33,026 nucleotides of DNA from a virus (lineage: Duplodnaviria > Caudoviricetes): IMG/VR virus record IMGVR_UViG_3300047314_000370, positions 1-33,026 of that record; one strand, written 5' to 3'. A model generated the notes under the pieces. It was not told the DNA's origin, made no database searches, and saw only the letters and a program-made list of their open reading frames with translations. Below are positions 25,907 to 33,026 of this stretch, piece by piece (position 1 is the first letter of the stretch; each line of letters begins with the position of its first letter). The position numbers and the translations under genes are program-made.

Positions 25907-26401
25907 ATGCCCGTAGTCAATCTCAACAATTCCACGCCAGCCCCGCCGTCCGGCGCAACCGGCATCAAATTTCAGAATGACGGCGCCGCCAATATGTCGG
26001 CTTACATTCCGGCAGGCACGTTTACGCCCGTCGGAACCTGGACGACGTGGACCCCTACCATCTCGGCCGACGTCGGCACGTTCACGCTCACCAACCTGTA
26101 TCTTTCCGTTTACTGTCAGCTCGGTCCCGTGGTGTACTTTCAGTTGCGCTTCCAGGCCTCGACTTCGGCCACGGCCGCATTTTTGTATTTCACGTTGCCG
26201 GCTCCGGACGTCACCAACAATGTATTCGCCGCTATCCCCCCGGCCCTTGCCGAGATTGCGCCCGCCGGGATGAGCCAGCTGGCGCTATGCGGCGCGCGCA
26301 TTCAGAATCCGGGCAAGGTCGTGATACAGCGCGACAATAACGCACCGTGGCCGGTTGGCAGCTATACCTTCGCGGTATCCGGCTTTTACCGTTCTGCCTG
26401 A
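25907..26401 (+). CDS. tail-tip-like beta protein, paralogue of 16548..17003
   Basis: Shared N-terminal and C-terminal motifs; AGAAGG SD. Confidence 0.75.
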   Translation: MPVVNLNNSTPAPPSGATGIKFQNDGAANMSAYIPAGTFTPVGTWTTWTPTISADVGTFTLTNLYLSVYCQLGPVVYFQLRFQASTSATAAFLYFTLPAPDVTNNVFAAIPPALAEIAPAGMSQLALCGARIQNPGKVVIQRDNNAPWPVGSYTFAVSGFYRSA

Positions 26402-26404
26402 TCG

Positions 26405-27037
26405 CTACTTCTTCTTGGCTGCCTTCTTCGCCTTCACCGCGCCGTGCGCCTCGACGCCCGCGGCCCAGCGGCGAATGATTTCGCAGAAGGTTAACTTTTT
26501 ACCCTCTAGTTTCCATATGCGGGCCCGCTCGTCGTTCAGTGAGTCCATCACGCCAGCGTCCATAGATACAGCGGCACGGCCAGCCCGATTCTTCATGAAT
26601 GTGGCATTACGCAATCGGCAACCGGAATCGCGATAATGGCGTATCCATCGGGCCTCAGCCTGATCAGGCGTCTCCGCAACAAATGTATTCTGGATCAACC
26701 GCATCTTAATCTCGTTTCCAAAGCGAGACTGGTGTTCGGCCAATCTTTTAACTGGTTGCACCGACTGGCCGACATAAAAAATGCTCCCTTCGGCATTCAG
26801 CAGCACGTAAATCGCGCATTCCGGCGAGCTCGTGCCTATTTCGCCCCGCCGTTCTTCTCCATCCAGTCGTCGATCATCTGGTCGAGCACGGCCCTCAGTT
26901 TCAAGCCCCGTTCGTCGGCCAATTTCTGAATCGCCTTCCAGCGCCATTGCGACATATTCCGCATCGAAACCGTAACCCGCCGGTCCTCGGGAGGTTTCTT
27001 CGTATTCTTCCCGCTCATCATTTGTAGTGTATTGCAT
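26405..27037 (-). CDS. GIY-YIG nuclease-domain protein with possible C-terminal RHH-like region; start uncertain
   Basis: AIYVLL...FYVGQS..P.KRL.EH...EARWI...LRN. Confidence 0.75.
   Translation of the reverse strand: MQYTTNDEREEYEETSRGPAGYGFDAEYVAMALEGDSEIGRRTGLETEGRARPDDRRLDGEERRGEIGTSSPECAIYVLLNAEGSIFYVGQSVQPVKRLAEHQSRFGNEIKMRLIQNTFVAETPDQAEARWIRHYRDSGCRLRNATFMKNRAGRAAVSMDAGVMDSLNDERARIWKLEGKKLTFCEIIRRWAAGVEAHGAVKAKKAAKKK
26836..27021 (-). CDS. ribbon-helix-helix-like DNA-binding protein
   Basis: Alternating strand RVTVSMRN then two helices (WKAIQKLADERG / LRAVLDQMIDDW). Confidence 0.65.
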   Translation of the reverse strand: MMSGKNTKKPPEDRRVTVSMRNMSQWRWKAIQKLADERGLKLRAVLDQMIDDWMEKNGGAK

Positions 27038-27059
27038 CCGTCAATCTCTAGCTAAATTA

Positions 27060-27110
27060 ATTCTAACCGTGGCGTTGACATGTGTCAACCATTTGCTTTA
27101 CACTAGAGTC
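27060..27110. promoter_or_regulatory. divergent sigma70 promoters with interdigitated -35 boxes
   Basis: + strand TTGACA(27075-80)-18 nt-TACACT(27099-104); - strand TTGACA(27088-83)-17 nt-TAGAAT(27065-60); palindrome GTTGACA-TG-TGTCAAC. Confidence 0.8.
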
Positions 27111-27485
27111 ATGCAACACCGATCCCCCTGTGAAGCCGGTCTGGACTGCTGCGAAGGCCGCATTGAAGACTGCCCAGAATGCGGCGACCAAGTCTGCGAA
27201 CTCCATGCGGTGGACGGGTTGTGCCTGGCCTGCCAGGGAGAAGAAGAGGAAGAAATTATGCCAGCGCCCAGCGCTATCAGCAAAAAGCAATATGACCTGT
27301 TTGTAGCGGCGATCGCCACGGCGAAAACGCTGCTCGCGACCCGCATCGAGGAGTTGACGGCTAAAAACTGGTCGACGGCCATGTACGAGGGCTGGCTGGC
27401 CGAAGCCGAACAGGCGAATCAGGAGATCATCGCGCTCGGAATAAAGATGCCCGCGAGCGAATGGCTTCGCAAGGAGGTGGCGTAA
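27111..27485 (+). CDS. early protein with Cys-rich N-terminus; probably leaderless
   Basis: ATG 7 nt after the -10 box; CxxC..C..H...CxxC; internal SD plus ATG at 27258. Confidence 0.65.
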   Translation: MQHRSPCEAGLDCCEGRIEDCPECGDQVCELHAVDGLCLACQGEEEEEIMPAPSAISKKQYDLFVAAIATAKTLLATRIEELTAKNWSTAMYEGWLAEAEQANQEIIALGIKMPASEWLRKEVA

Positions 27486-27874
27486 TGCAGTGCGAATGTG
27501 ATTTTGATTGCGTCGGCGATCCGGCGCATTATGTGCGCTCGAATCCTTCCACGCTGTGCCTGGTGCATGACGAGTGCCAAGTGTGCGACGAGCGCAAAGC
27601 CGTCCTGATCGTGGACGGCGACAAGTGCTGCCGCGAATGTGCACTGGAAGAAATAACGGTCTGCCCGAACTGCGGCTGGGAGGTCTGCTTCGAGCGGCAC
27701 TACGCCATCACGCAGGACCGGCAGTGCGGCTCGTGGGAGGACGAATGGCTGGTCTGCAACCACTGCCACAAGCGCACCGACGAAGAGGAAGTAAGGAGCA
27801 TCAACGAGGCCCGCCGCAAAGAGATCGCCGAGCGCCTCGCACGGTTGGAAGAGACGCACTATGCCTGCCGCTAA
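27485..27874 (+). CDS. Cys-rich zinc-ribbon protein
   Basis: GGAGG SD, TAATG coupling, four CxxC pairs. Confidence 0.7.
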   Translation: MQCECDFDCVGDPAHYVRSNPSTLCLVHDECQVCDERKAVLIVDGDKCCRECALEEITVCPNCGWEVCFERHYAITQDRQCGSWEDEWLVCNHCHKRTDEEEVRSINEARRKEIAERLARLEETHYACR

Positions 27875-28088
27875 CGCTGCCTGGCAGGTCTTCAGCGGCC
27901 CGAAAGACCCGGATCGCTACACGGCTGCGCTGCTGCGGCTGTCCACGATCCACGTGGACCTGCTGAAGATCCGCGAAGAGCTGAAGCGCGACGGCTACGC
28001 CGCCAAAGCCCGTGTATCGATCGTGCAGGCGGCGAACAAGGTGGAGCTGGCGGCCATTGAATTACAGGAAAGAAGAGAAGGAAAATGA
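27861..28088 (+). CDS. hypothetical helical protein
   Basis: Overlaps both neighbours. Confidence 0.65.
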   Translation: MPAANAAWQVFSGPKDPDRYTAALLRLSTIHVDLLKIREELKRDGYAAKARVSIVQAANKVELAAIELQERREGK

Positions 28089-29065
28089 GTACAGCATTGA
28101 CGATGCCTGAGCAGCGCGTGAGTTTTACCCGCGACCAGGTGCAACTCTTGAAGGACACCGTGGCGAAGGGTGCCAGTGACGACGAACTGCGCCTGTTTCT
28201 GGAGGTGTGCAAGTCGAAGCGGCTGGACCCGTTCGGCAAGCAGATCCACGCGGTGAAGCGCTGGGACAGCGGGTTGCGCCGCGAGGTGATGTCGTTTCAG
28301 GTCGGGATCGACGGCTTCCGGGCTTTGGCCGAACGCAGCGGTCGCTACGCTGGCCAGGATGCGCCCGTCTGGTGTGGCTTGGATGGCGAGTGGAAAGACG
28401 TCTGGCTGGCGCAGCAGCCGCCGGTTGCCGCGAAGATGAGCGTGTACAAGCAGGGCTTTGCCAAGCCGGTCACACGCATCGCGCTCTACCGCGAGTATGT
28501 CCAGACCACCAAGGACGGCGGTGCGAACAGCATGTGGACGAAAATGCCCTCCAATCAATTGGCGAAATGTGCCGAGGCACTCGCGCTCCGGGCAGCCTTC
28601 CCCGAGGAATTGTCGGGGCTCTACACGGCGGATGAGATGGGGCAGGCAGAGAACGAAAGCAAGCGTGTCAAACAGCCGCTGCCGATCCGCAGCAGGTCTC
28701 ACTCTGAGGCGCCGCCCGCTCCGGTCGCGGTGCCGGATGTGATCGACGTCACGCCGATCGCCGAGCCGCCGCAGCCGCCGGAAGAGGCGGGTGAGTTCCG
28801 CGTGCCGGCCGAGGGAGAACTGCGCAACGGCCTGCGCGAAGGCCTCGAGACGATCCCCAAGATCACGGACGCCTGGCGCCTCTTGCAAGTCGAGTACGAT
28901 CGCGCCGGTTGCCGCGACGTGATCGAGCGGATTCAACAACGGTTTGAACGGGATGCCCAGGGCAACCGCACGCCGCTGAGTCTGCGCACGGCGGTCGTGG
29001 TTGCGCGCCGCTGGCGGGATGACAACATGCATCTGTGGCTGCGCCAGCCGGGGGAGGAAGGGTGA
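28085..29065 (+). CDS. bet: phage single-strand annealing recombinase, Bet/RecT family
   Basis: LDPFGKQIHAVKR, QVGIDGFRALAERSG.YAG, W.KMP..QLAKCAEALALR.AFP.ELSGLYT.DEM. Confidence 0.92.
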   Translation: MSTALTMPEQRVSFTRDQVQLLKDTVAKGASDDELRLFLEVCKSKRLDPFGKQIHAVKRWDSGLRREVMSFQVGIDGFRALAERSGRYAGQDAPVWCGLDGEWKDVWLAQQPPVAAKMSVYKQGFAKPVTRIALYREYVQTTKDGGANSMWTKMPSNQLAKCAEALALRAAFPEELSGLYTADEMGQAENESKRVKQPLPIRSRSHSEAPPAPVAVPDVIDVTPIAEPPQPPEEAGEFRVPAEGELRNGLREGLETIPKITDAWRLLQVEYDRAGCRDVIERIQQRFERDAQGNRTPLSLRTAVVVARRWRDDNMHLWLRQPGEEG

Positions 29066-29625
29066 TGGCGATCACCGAACAGCTGGCCATCGCCCCGGCG
29101 CCCGCGCCGCCAGCGGATGAACCGGGCGAGCTCGCAACCACGCTGCACGAGATGCTCTCGCTGCTGGCGCAGTGCGAGGAGCCGGAAGATTCCGAAGAAG
29201 CCGCGGCGCTGGATGAAGACGTGAAACAAAACGTCGTGCAGGCGGTCACGCAGAAGTTGCGCCGCTACCAGGCGTTCTTTTCGTTCTGTAAAGCGCAGAC
29301 CGAGGAATGCAAGGCAGAGATTGAGCGCCTGCAGGCCCGGAAGAAAGCGATCGAGAGCGGCCGGGACCGGCTGCGTAAGTATTTGGCGCGCGCCATGAAC
29401 GGCCACCGCATCAAGCGCCTGGACGCCGGGACCGTGGTCTTCACGTTAATGCCCGGCGCGTGCTCGTTACTGATCACCGATGCCGAGCAGGTGCCGTACG
29501 CGTTCAAACAAGAAGAGATCGTGGTGAAGATCGATGACGCTGCTGTCAAGCGCGCGCTACAGGCCCAGGAAAAGGTGCCGGGCGCGACCTTGACGGTCGG
29601 CGAGCCGTTCGTGACGGTGCGATAG
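29065..29625 (+). CDS. siphovirus Gp157-family protein
   Basis: KAEIERLQARKKAIE...LRKYL..AM, I.D...VP..F, KID..AVK.AL...VPGA.L; adjacent to bet. Confidence 0.85.
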   Translation: MAITEQLAIAPAPAPPADEPGELATTLHEMLSLLAQCEEPEDSEEAAALDEDVKQNVVQAVTQKLRRYQAFFSFCKAQTEECKAEIERLQARKKAIESGRDRLRKYLARAMNGHRIKRLDAGTVVFTLMPGACSLLITDAEQVPYAFKQEEIVVKIDDAAVKRALQAQEKVPGATLTVGEPFVTVR

Positions 29626-29632
29626 GCTAATC

Positions 29633-30095
29633 GAGAAATGCCCCTAGCGCAGAATAAAGCCGCAGCCGCGCCATACGCGACGATAGTGGCAGACTATCTC
29701 GAATCTGCGATCCAGGAAATGCGAAAGCGTTGCTGGCAGCTAAACGAAGACGGTAAGCCGTTCGAAGACCCGGACGGGTGCGTTCCAATTTGGTGGCTTC
29801 GAAAAGAGATTGATCGGCTCAGGCTGATGGACCCGCAATTGCCCTCCCGCAAAACTACTTCCAAGGAAATTTGAGAAATGCCCCTGTATGAGCAAAACCA
29901 GCGGCTTCGCTTCGCGCTGCGAGATCTGGTCATGAAACTTCGCCTGATCCATGAGAACCCTGTCTATCGACTGGTCTGGGAGAACGCAATGATACACGGC
30001 ATCAACTACAAAGGTCAGCCGACCTATGAAAACGAACTACATGCTGCGGAACAACTGCTAGATCTGGACCCACAATTGCCTTCCAGCAAAACTAC
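29633..30095 (+). repeat. paired boundary repeats: GAGAAATGCCCCT (29633-29645, 29873-29885) and a 31-nt repeat (29828-29858, 30065-30095)
   Basis: 13/13 and 28/31 identity by manual alignment. Confidence 0.9.
29638..29874 (+). CDS. cassette-like small hypothetical protein 1
   Basis: Starts MPL, ends DPQLPSRKTTSKEI. Confidence 0.65.
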   Translation: MPLAQNKAAAAPYATIVADYLESAIQEMRKRCWQLNEDGKPFEDPDGCVPIWWLRKEIDRLRLMDPQLPSRKTTSKEI

Positions 30096-30105
30096 CAACG
30101 AGTAA
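29878..30105 (+). CDS. cassette-like small hypothetical protein 2
   Basis: Starts MPL, ends DPQLPSSKTTNE. Confidence 0.65.
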   Translation: MPLYEQNQRLRFALRDLVMKLRLIHENPVYRLVWENAMIHGINYKGQPTYENELHAAEQLLDLDPQLPSSKTTNE

Positions 30106-30269
30106 ACCGCACAAAAGAAAGCGACTTCCGATAACGAGGAATACTGTTAAAAAGAATGCCCGCAGCGCTTTTTCCCGCTACACTATTTGCACTACACATA
30201 GACACAACGGGCGGTTCGTAGTCTGCGCTGACAAAAGAGTGAACGGTGCAGTCACGGGCCGCTCCGGGT

Positions 30270-30617
30270 TTACTCTTCGTACTCGCTGAGAATCAGATCC
30301 AACACCTTCAGATAGCCGGATTCGGCTTCTTTATCGCGAAGAAAGCGCATCAGTCGCTCACAGTAGCGGGTCTCTTTCGGGTTCCTGGGAAGCATGGCAT
30401 TGTTCGTCTTGGGATCCTTCAGGTAGCGGTCGACCGCCATGTCCAGCACTTCTTCAATCGGTTCGACCAGGTCCAGGGCGCGCTGCCTGATTCTATGCCC
30501 ACGTGCCAACGACGTGCGATAGGTGAACCGATCCTCCTTGCCCAATTTGTTGTTGCGAGATTTGGACATTTTCAGCGTATGCAGACTAGCATTTACGGGT
30601 TTACGCTTAGATTTCAT
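30270..30617 (-). CDS. putative RHH-type regulator
   Basis: DRFTYRT strand plus helices (RIRQRALD / IEEVLDMAVDRYL); start uncertain (30617 or 30569). Confidence 0.55.
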   Translation of the reverse strand: MKSKRKPVNASLHTLKMSKSRNNKLGKEDRFTYRTSLARGHRIRQRALDLVEPIEEVLDMAVDRYLKDPKTNNAMLPRNPKETRYCERLMRFLRDKEAESGYLKVLDLILSEYEE

Positions 30618-30723
30618 ATGGTTATGCGTAACACTTTCGCGGCAGTACCGACCTGCCGCCAGCGTTTTATGGGGATACGGGCTAGCTTTTTTGTTTAGCT
30701 CGTAAATTTTCAATAAAAATTCG

Positions 30724-30752
30724 TTGACAGTAAGGCCGCATGGAGGGACACT
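30724..30752 (+). promoter_or_regulatory. candidate sigma70 promoter
   Basis: TTGACA-17 nt-GACACT with an AT-rich upstream tract. Confidence 0.5.
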
Positions 30753-30858
30753 CGAATTCGTTCGGCTTTTGAGGTTTTAGTCGTACCCGTACTCGAAACC
30801 GTTTCGCTGGTGATTCCCCCGCCGCCAGCCGCGTGAATTTCCATGTCAGAGGTGATAT

Positions 30859-31194
30859 ATGCCCGACGTGTGCCCGCAGTCCGTTGCTCCCGCGGAAACG
30901 CCGTATCGGCGCTGCGAGATGGATCCAAAAAGTTTCCTGGCCCTGCTCGATGACGTACGCCTGATACAGGCGATGCATGAGACCGCCTGCAGCGCGCTAC
31001 GGCTCACCGTGGACGGACTCGATGATCTGCCGCGCGCGAAACTTCCCCGGATGGCGCCGCATCTCGACGCGCTCAGCAACTCGCTCTCGCGTCTGGGAAC
31101 GGCTGCGCAATCCCTGGCGGCGCGGATTCAGGCGGCCGGCAGAGCGAATTTCGAAGAGAAAGCGACGAGCGAGCCACGAGACCAAACCATTTGA
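30859..31194 (+). CDS. hypothetical helical protein
   Basis: GAGGTG SD; amphipathic helices. Confidence 0.6.
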   Translation: MPDVCPQSVAPAETPYRRCEMDPKSFLALLDDVRLIQAMHETACSALRLTVDGLDDLPRAKLPRMAPHLDALSNSLSRLGTAAQSLAARIQAAGRANFEEKATSEPRDQTI

Positions 31195-31628
31195 AAACTC
31201 AGCCTCCCCAACCATAAGTCAACATGCGAATCGCGCGAACCATATGAACTGCACAAATTACATATTTATATATAACTGGCCGGCCAGACGCTTTCGCTGT
31301 TCTAGTTAGTCTGAGTAAGTCTGCATTGGTCACAAATTGCCTACTTTGGACAGGATTGGACGCATATGTACAGCATATGTATACCGCTGGACGGAAATGA
31401 CTCCGAAAGGCCTGTACACAGCATGCTTGTACGGTTTAGCGACAAGCTGACCGTTTGCCTAGGGAGCAAATAGTCTTTGCATAGTCAACGGCTATTCGTC
31501 TGCTATTCATCGGCGCAGATGATGGCGGTTACATATAATTCGCACTATTCCACATGACAGACAGTCAACTATTGACCAGAGTTACTTAGCGTGATTAGAG
31601 CGTTTGCCCGATATTTTTTACTAGGGCC

Positions 31629-31657
31629 TTGAAATCACGGTTCTATTCGGCTAAACT
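31629..31657 (+). promoter_or_regulatory. candidate sigma70 promoter for the ParB-domain operon
   Basis: TTGAAA-17 nt-TAAACT. Confidence 0.5.
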
Positions 31658-31739
31658 CAGTTCGTCTCGCGAACGTTTGATCCAAATAGCGTTAAAAGCG
31701 TGACACGAAGCAAATGGTTTTGTAGGGAGGAGCCGTCCT

Positions 31740-32615
31740 GTGAGGATTGAGGACGTTCCGGTTGAAAAGATCTCTTTCGGTGATCGCTACCGGAAGGACT
31801 TCGGTGACGTAGAATCACTGGCCGCCAATATCCGAGAGATGGGTCTGCTGCAGCCGATTGGAGTCGATGCGTATTACCAGCTCATTTTCGGTGCACGGCG
31901 ACTGGAAGCCTGCGCGGACATTCTCGGCTGGAAGCAAATCCCGTGCATCGTGCTTGCGCTCGAGTCCGTTCTTGCGGGCGAGTACGCAGAAAACGAATTC
32001 CGTAAGCAGTTCACAGCCAGCGAGCGCGCCGCGATAGGGAAAGCGGTCGAAGCGGAGCTACTCGCGAATGAACGTCGCGGCGGTGACCATAAATCAAAGT
32101 CCGCAATTGCGCACATTGATTCGCCGAATAATCGTTCCGTTGATCTCGCTGCCAAACGTGCCGGCTTCGAAAGCGCAGAAAGTTTCGAACGGGCGAAGAC
32201 GGTCGTCCAAAAGGGTTCGCCGGAACTGATTACGGCAATGGATAAGGGTGAGGTGTCGATCGCGGCGGCGGCTGCCATTGCGCGACAGCCCAAAGAAGAC
32301 CAGGCGCAGATTCTCGCTATGCCGAAGGAGGAGCGCCGGGAAGTCGTTCGGCAGATCCGCAAAACCAAAGCCGATAAAGAAGCAGACGAGCAGAATGCCC
32401 GCGACCTGCGGCTGTTTGGCGGCCTAAACGAAGCGGTTCATTTCATCGCTGGATTTCATGAAGGCCCGCATGAGACGTGGGATGGGCTTTCGCGGGTATT
32501 CGCGTACCAGTTTGTCGATGATCTCGAGCGGGCGATTCAATGCCTGATTCGTTTACAGAAGGAGCATCCCAATGCCAAAAGATACCCTGCAATCGTTGCT
32601 CGCAAGGCTCCATAA
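31740..32615 (+). CDS. ParB/Srx N-terminal domain protein with HTH
   Basis: LAANIREMGLLQPIGV...LIFGARRLEA, EN..RK.FT.SER, RGGDHKS; GGAGG SD. Confidence 0.88.
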   Translation: MRIEDVPVEKISFGDRYRKDFGDVESLAANIREMGLLQPIGVDAYYQLIFGARRLEACADILGWKQIPCIVLALESVLAGEYAENEFRKQFTASERAAIGKAVEAELLANERRGGDHKSKSAIAHIDSPNNRSVDLAAKRAGFESAESFERAKTVVQKGSPELITAMDKGEVSIAAAAAIARQPKEDQAQILAMPKEERREVVRQIRKTKADKEADEQNARDLRLFGGLNEAVHFIAGFHEGPHETWDGLSRVFAYQFVDDLERAIQCLIRLQKEHPNAKRYPAIVARKAP

Positions 32616-33026
32616 ACTCGTCAAACAAGCCATCCGTGACTGTGTCTCCAAGGGCCAGCCCACGGATGTCGAGGCGGTGGTGGAGTATTTCCGGACCAAT
32701 GTCATCGTCAACTCGAAGTTTCTGTTATTCCGGGTGATGATTGCGCTCACCTGGGAGCAGATTCGCGACATGATCCAGCGGGACCTAAAGCATACCGCCG
32801 TTCCGGTGGAGGAAATTCTGGAAAAGGAGCGCCAGATCAAGCTGGCCGAATGGCCAGAATTCCGTGGCATTCCGGAAACCATCAGCTATCATGACCGCCC
32901 GGGACACGTATCGTATATCCGCTTCATCGATACGGAAAAATTTCACCGCGCGGCGGCGCTGGCTTTGCTCGATGAGAATCTCGCCGCAGTCCACCAGACG
33001 CGGGAAGCCTTAGCCAGGGGAGACCG
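32572..33026 (+). CDS. hypothetical protein, 3'-truncated by window edge
   Basis: AAGGAG at 32559-32564, ATG 32572, frame open to the window end (MPKDTLQSLLARLHKLVKQAIRD...). Confidence 0.7.
   Translation, partial: MPKDTLQSLLARLHKLVKQAIRDCVSKGQPTDVEAVVEYFRTNVIVNSKFLLFRVMIALTWEQIRDMIQRDLKHTAVPVEEILEKERQIKLAEWPEFRGIPETISYHDRPGHVSYIRFIDTEKFHRAAALALLDENLAAVHQTREALARGD

Larger units (their letters stand above)
1..33026 (+). mobile_element. P22-like (podovirus-type) phage/prophage segment: packaging, head, tail, ejection and early recombination modules
   Basis: Co-oriented, translationally coupled terminase-portal-scaffold-coat-gp4-gp10-ejection gene order, followed by Bet/Gp157/ParB genes. No host housekeeping genes; boundaries lie outside the window. 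Confidence 0.95.

Noticed and set aside
16548-26401. Diversity-generating retroelement TR/VR pair between the two tail-tip paralogues
   Set aside because: Similarity is protein-level, differences are not adenine-specific, and no reverse transcriptase is present in the window.
29633-30105. Classical integron attC cassettes
   Set aside because: No GTTRRRY/RYYYAAC core sites or attC-type inverted repeat seen, and no integron integrase.
30106-30269. Attachment site or tRNA fragment
   Set aside because: No cloverleaf, no second copy in the window and no integrase nearby.
30246-30698. 150-aa plus-strand ORF
   Set aside because: Antisense to the more protein-like RHH-type ORF, with no SD or recognisable motif.
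1-33026. Stop-codon reassignment explaining split genes
   Set aside because: TAA, TAG and TGA all terminate conserved genes at expected positions with coupled downstream starts.

Overview
The window is a GC-rich temperate phage or prophage segment with P22-like podovirus gene order. The + strand late module runs: TerS candidate, TerL split into two ORFs around an inserted gene, small accessory genes, portal, scaffold, P22-type coat, gp4-like and gp10-like tail/head-completion proteins, tail fibre proteins, GNAT, a 2OG-Fe(II)-like protein, and three DNA-ejection proteins including a 1478-aa multidomain protein. Reverse-oriented passengers are a BrnT/BrnA toxin-antitoxin pair and a Uma2-family nuclease. 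From about 26.4 kb there is a divergent promoter switch with RHH and GIY-YIG genes, then an early operon (Cys-rich proteins, Bet/RecT, Gp157), two repeat-bounded cassette-like mini-genes, and a ParB-domain gene pair. I recognised no integrase, endolysin, tRNA, CRISPR array or reverse transcriptase. All family calls come from motif recognition by eye, not from searches. The most notable observations are the split terminase, a candidate CCC-UAG +1 frameshift extending the tail fibre, mini-genes sharing DNA boundary motifs at two distant loci, a stand-alone DnaB N-terminal-domain-like protein, a repeat-delimited enzymatic module in the large ejection protein, and a direct-repeat-flanked Pro/His-repeat gene.
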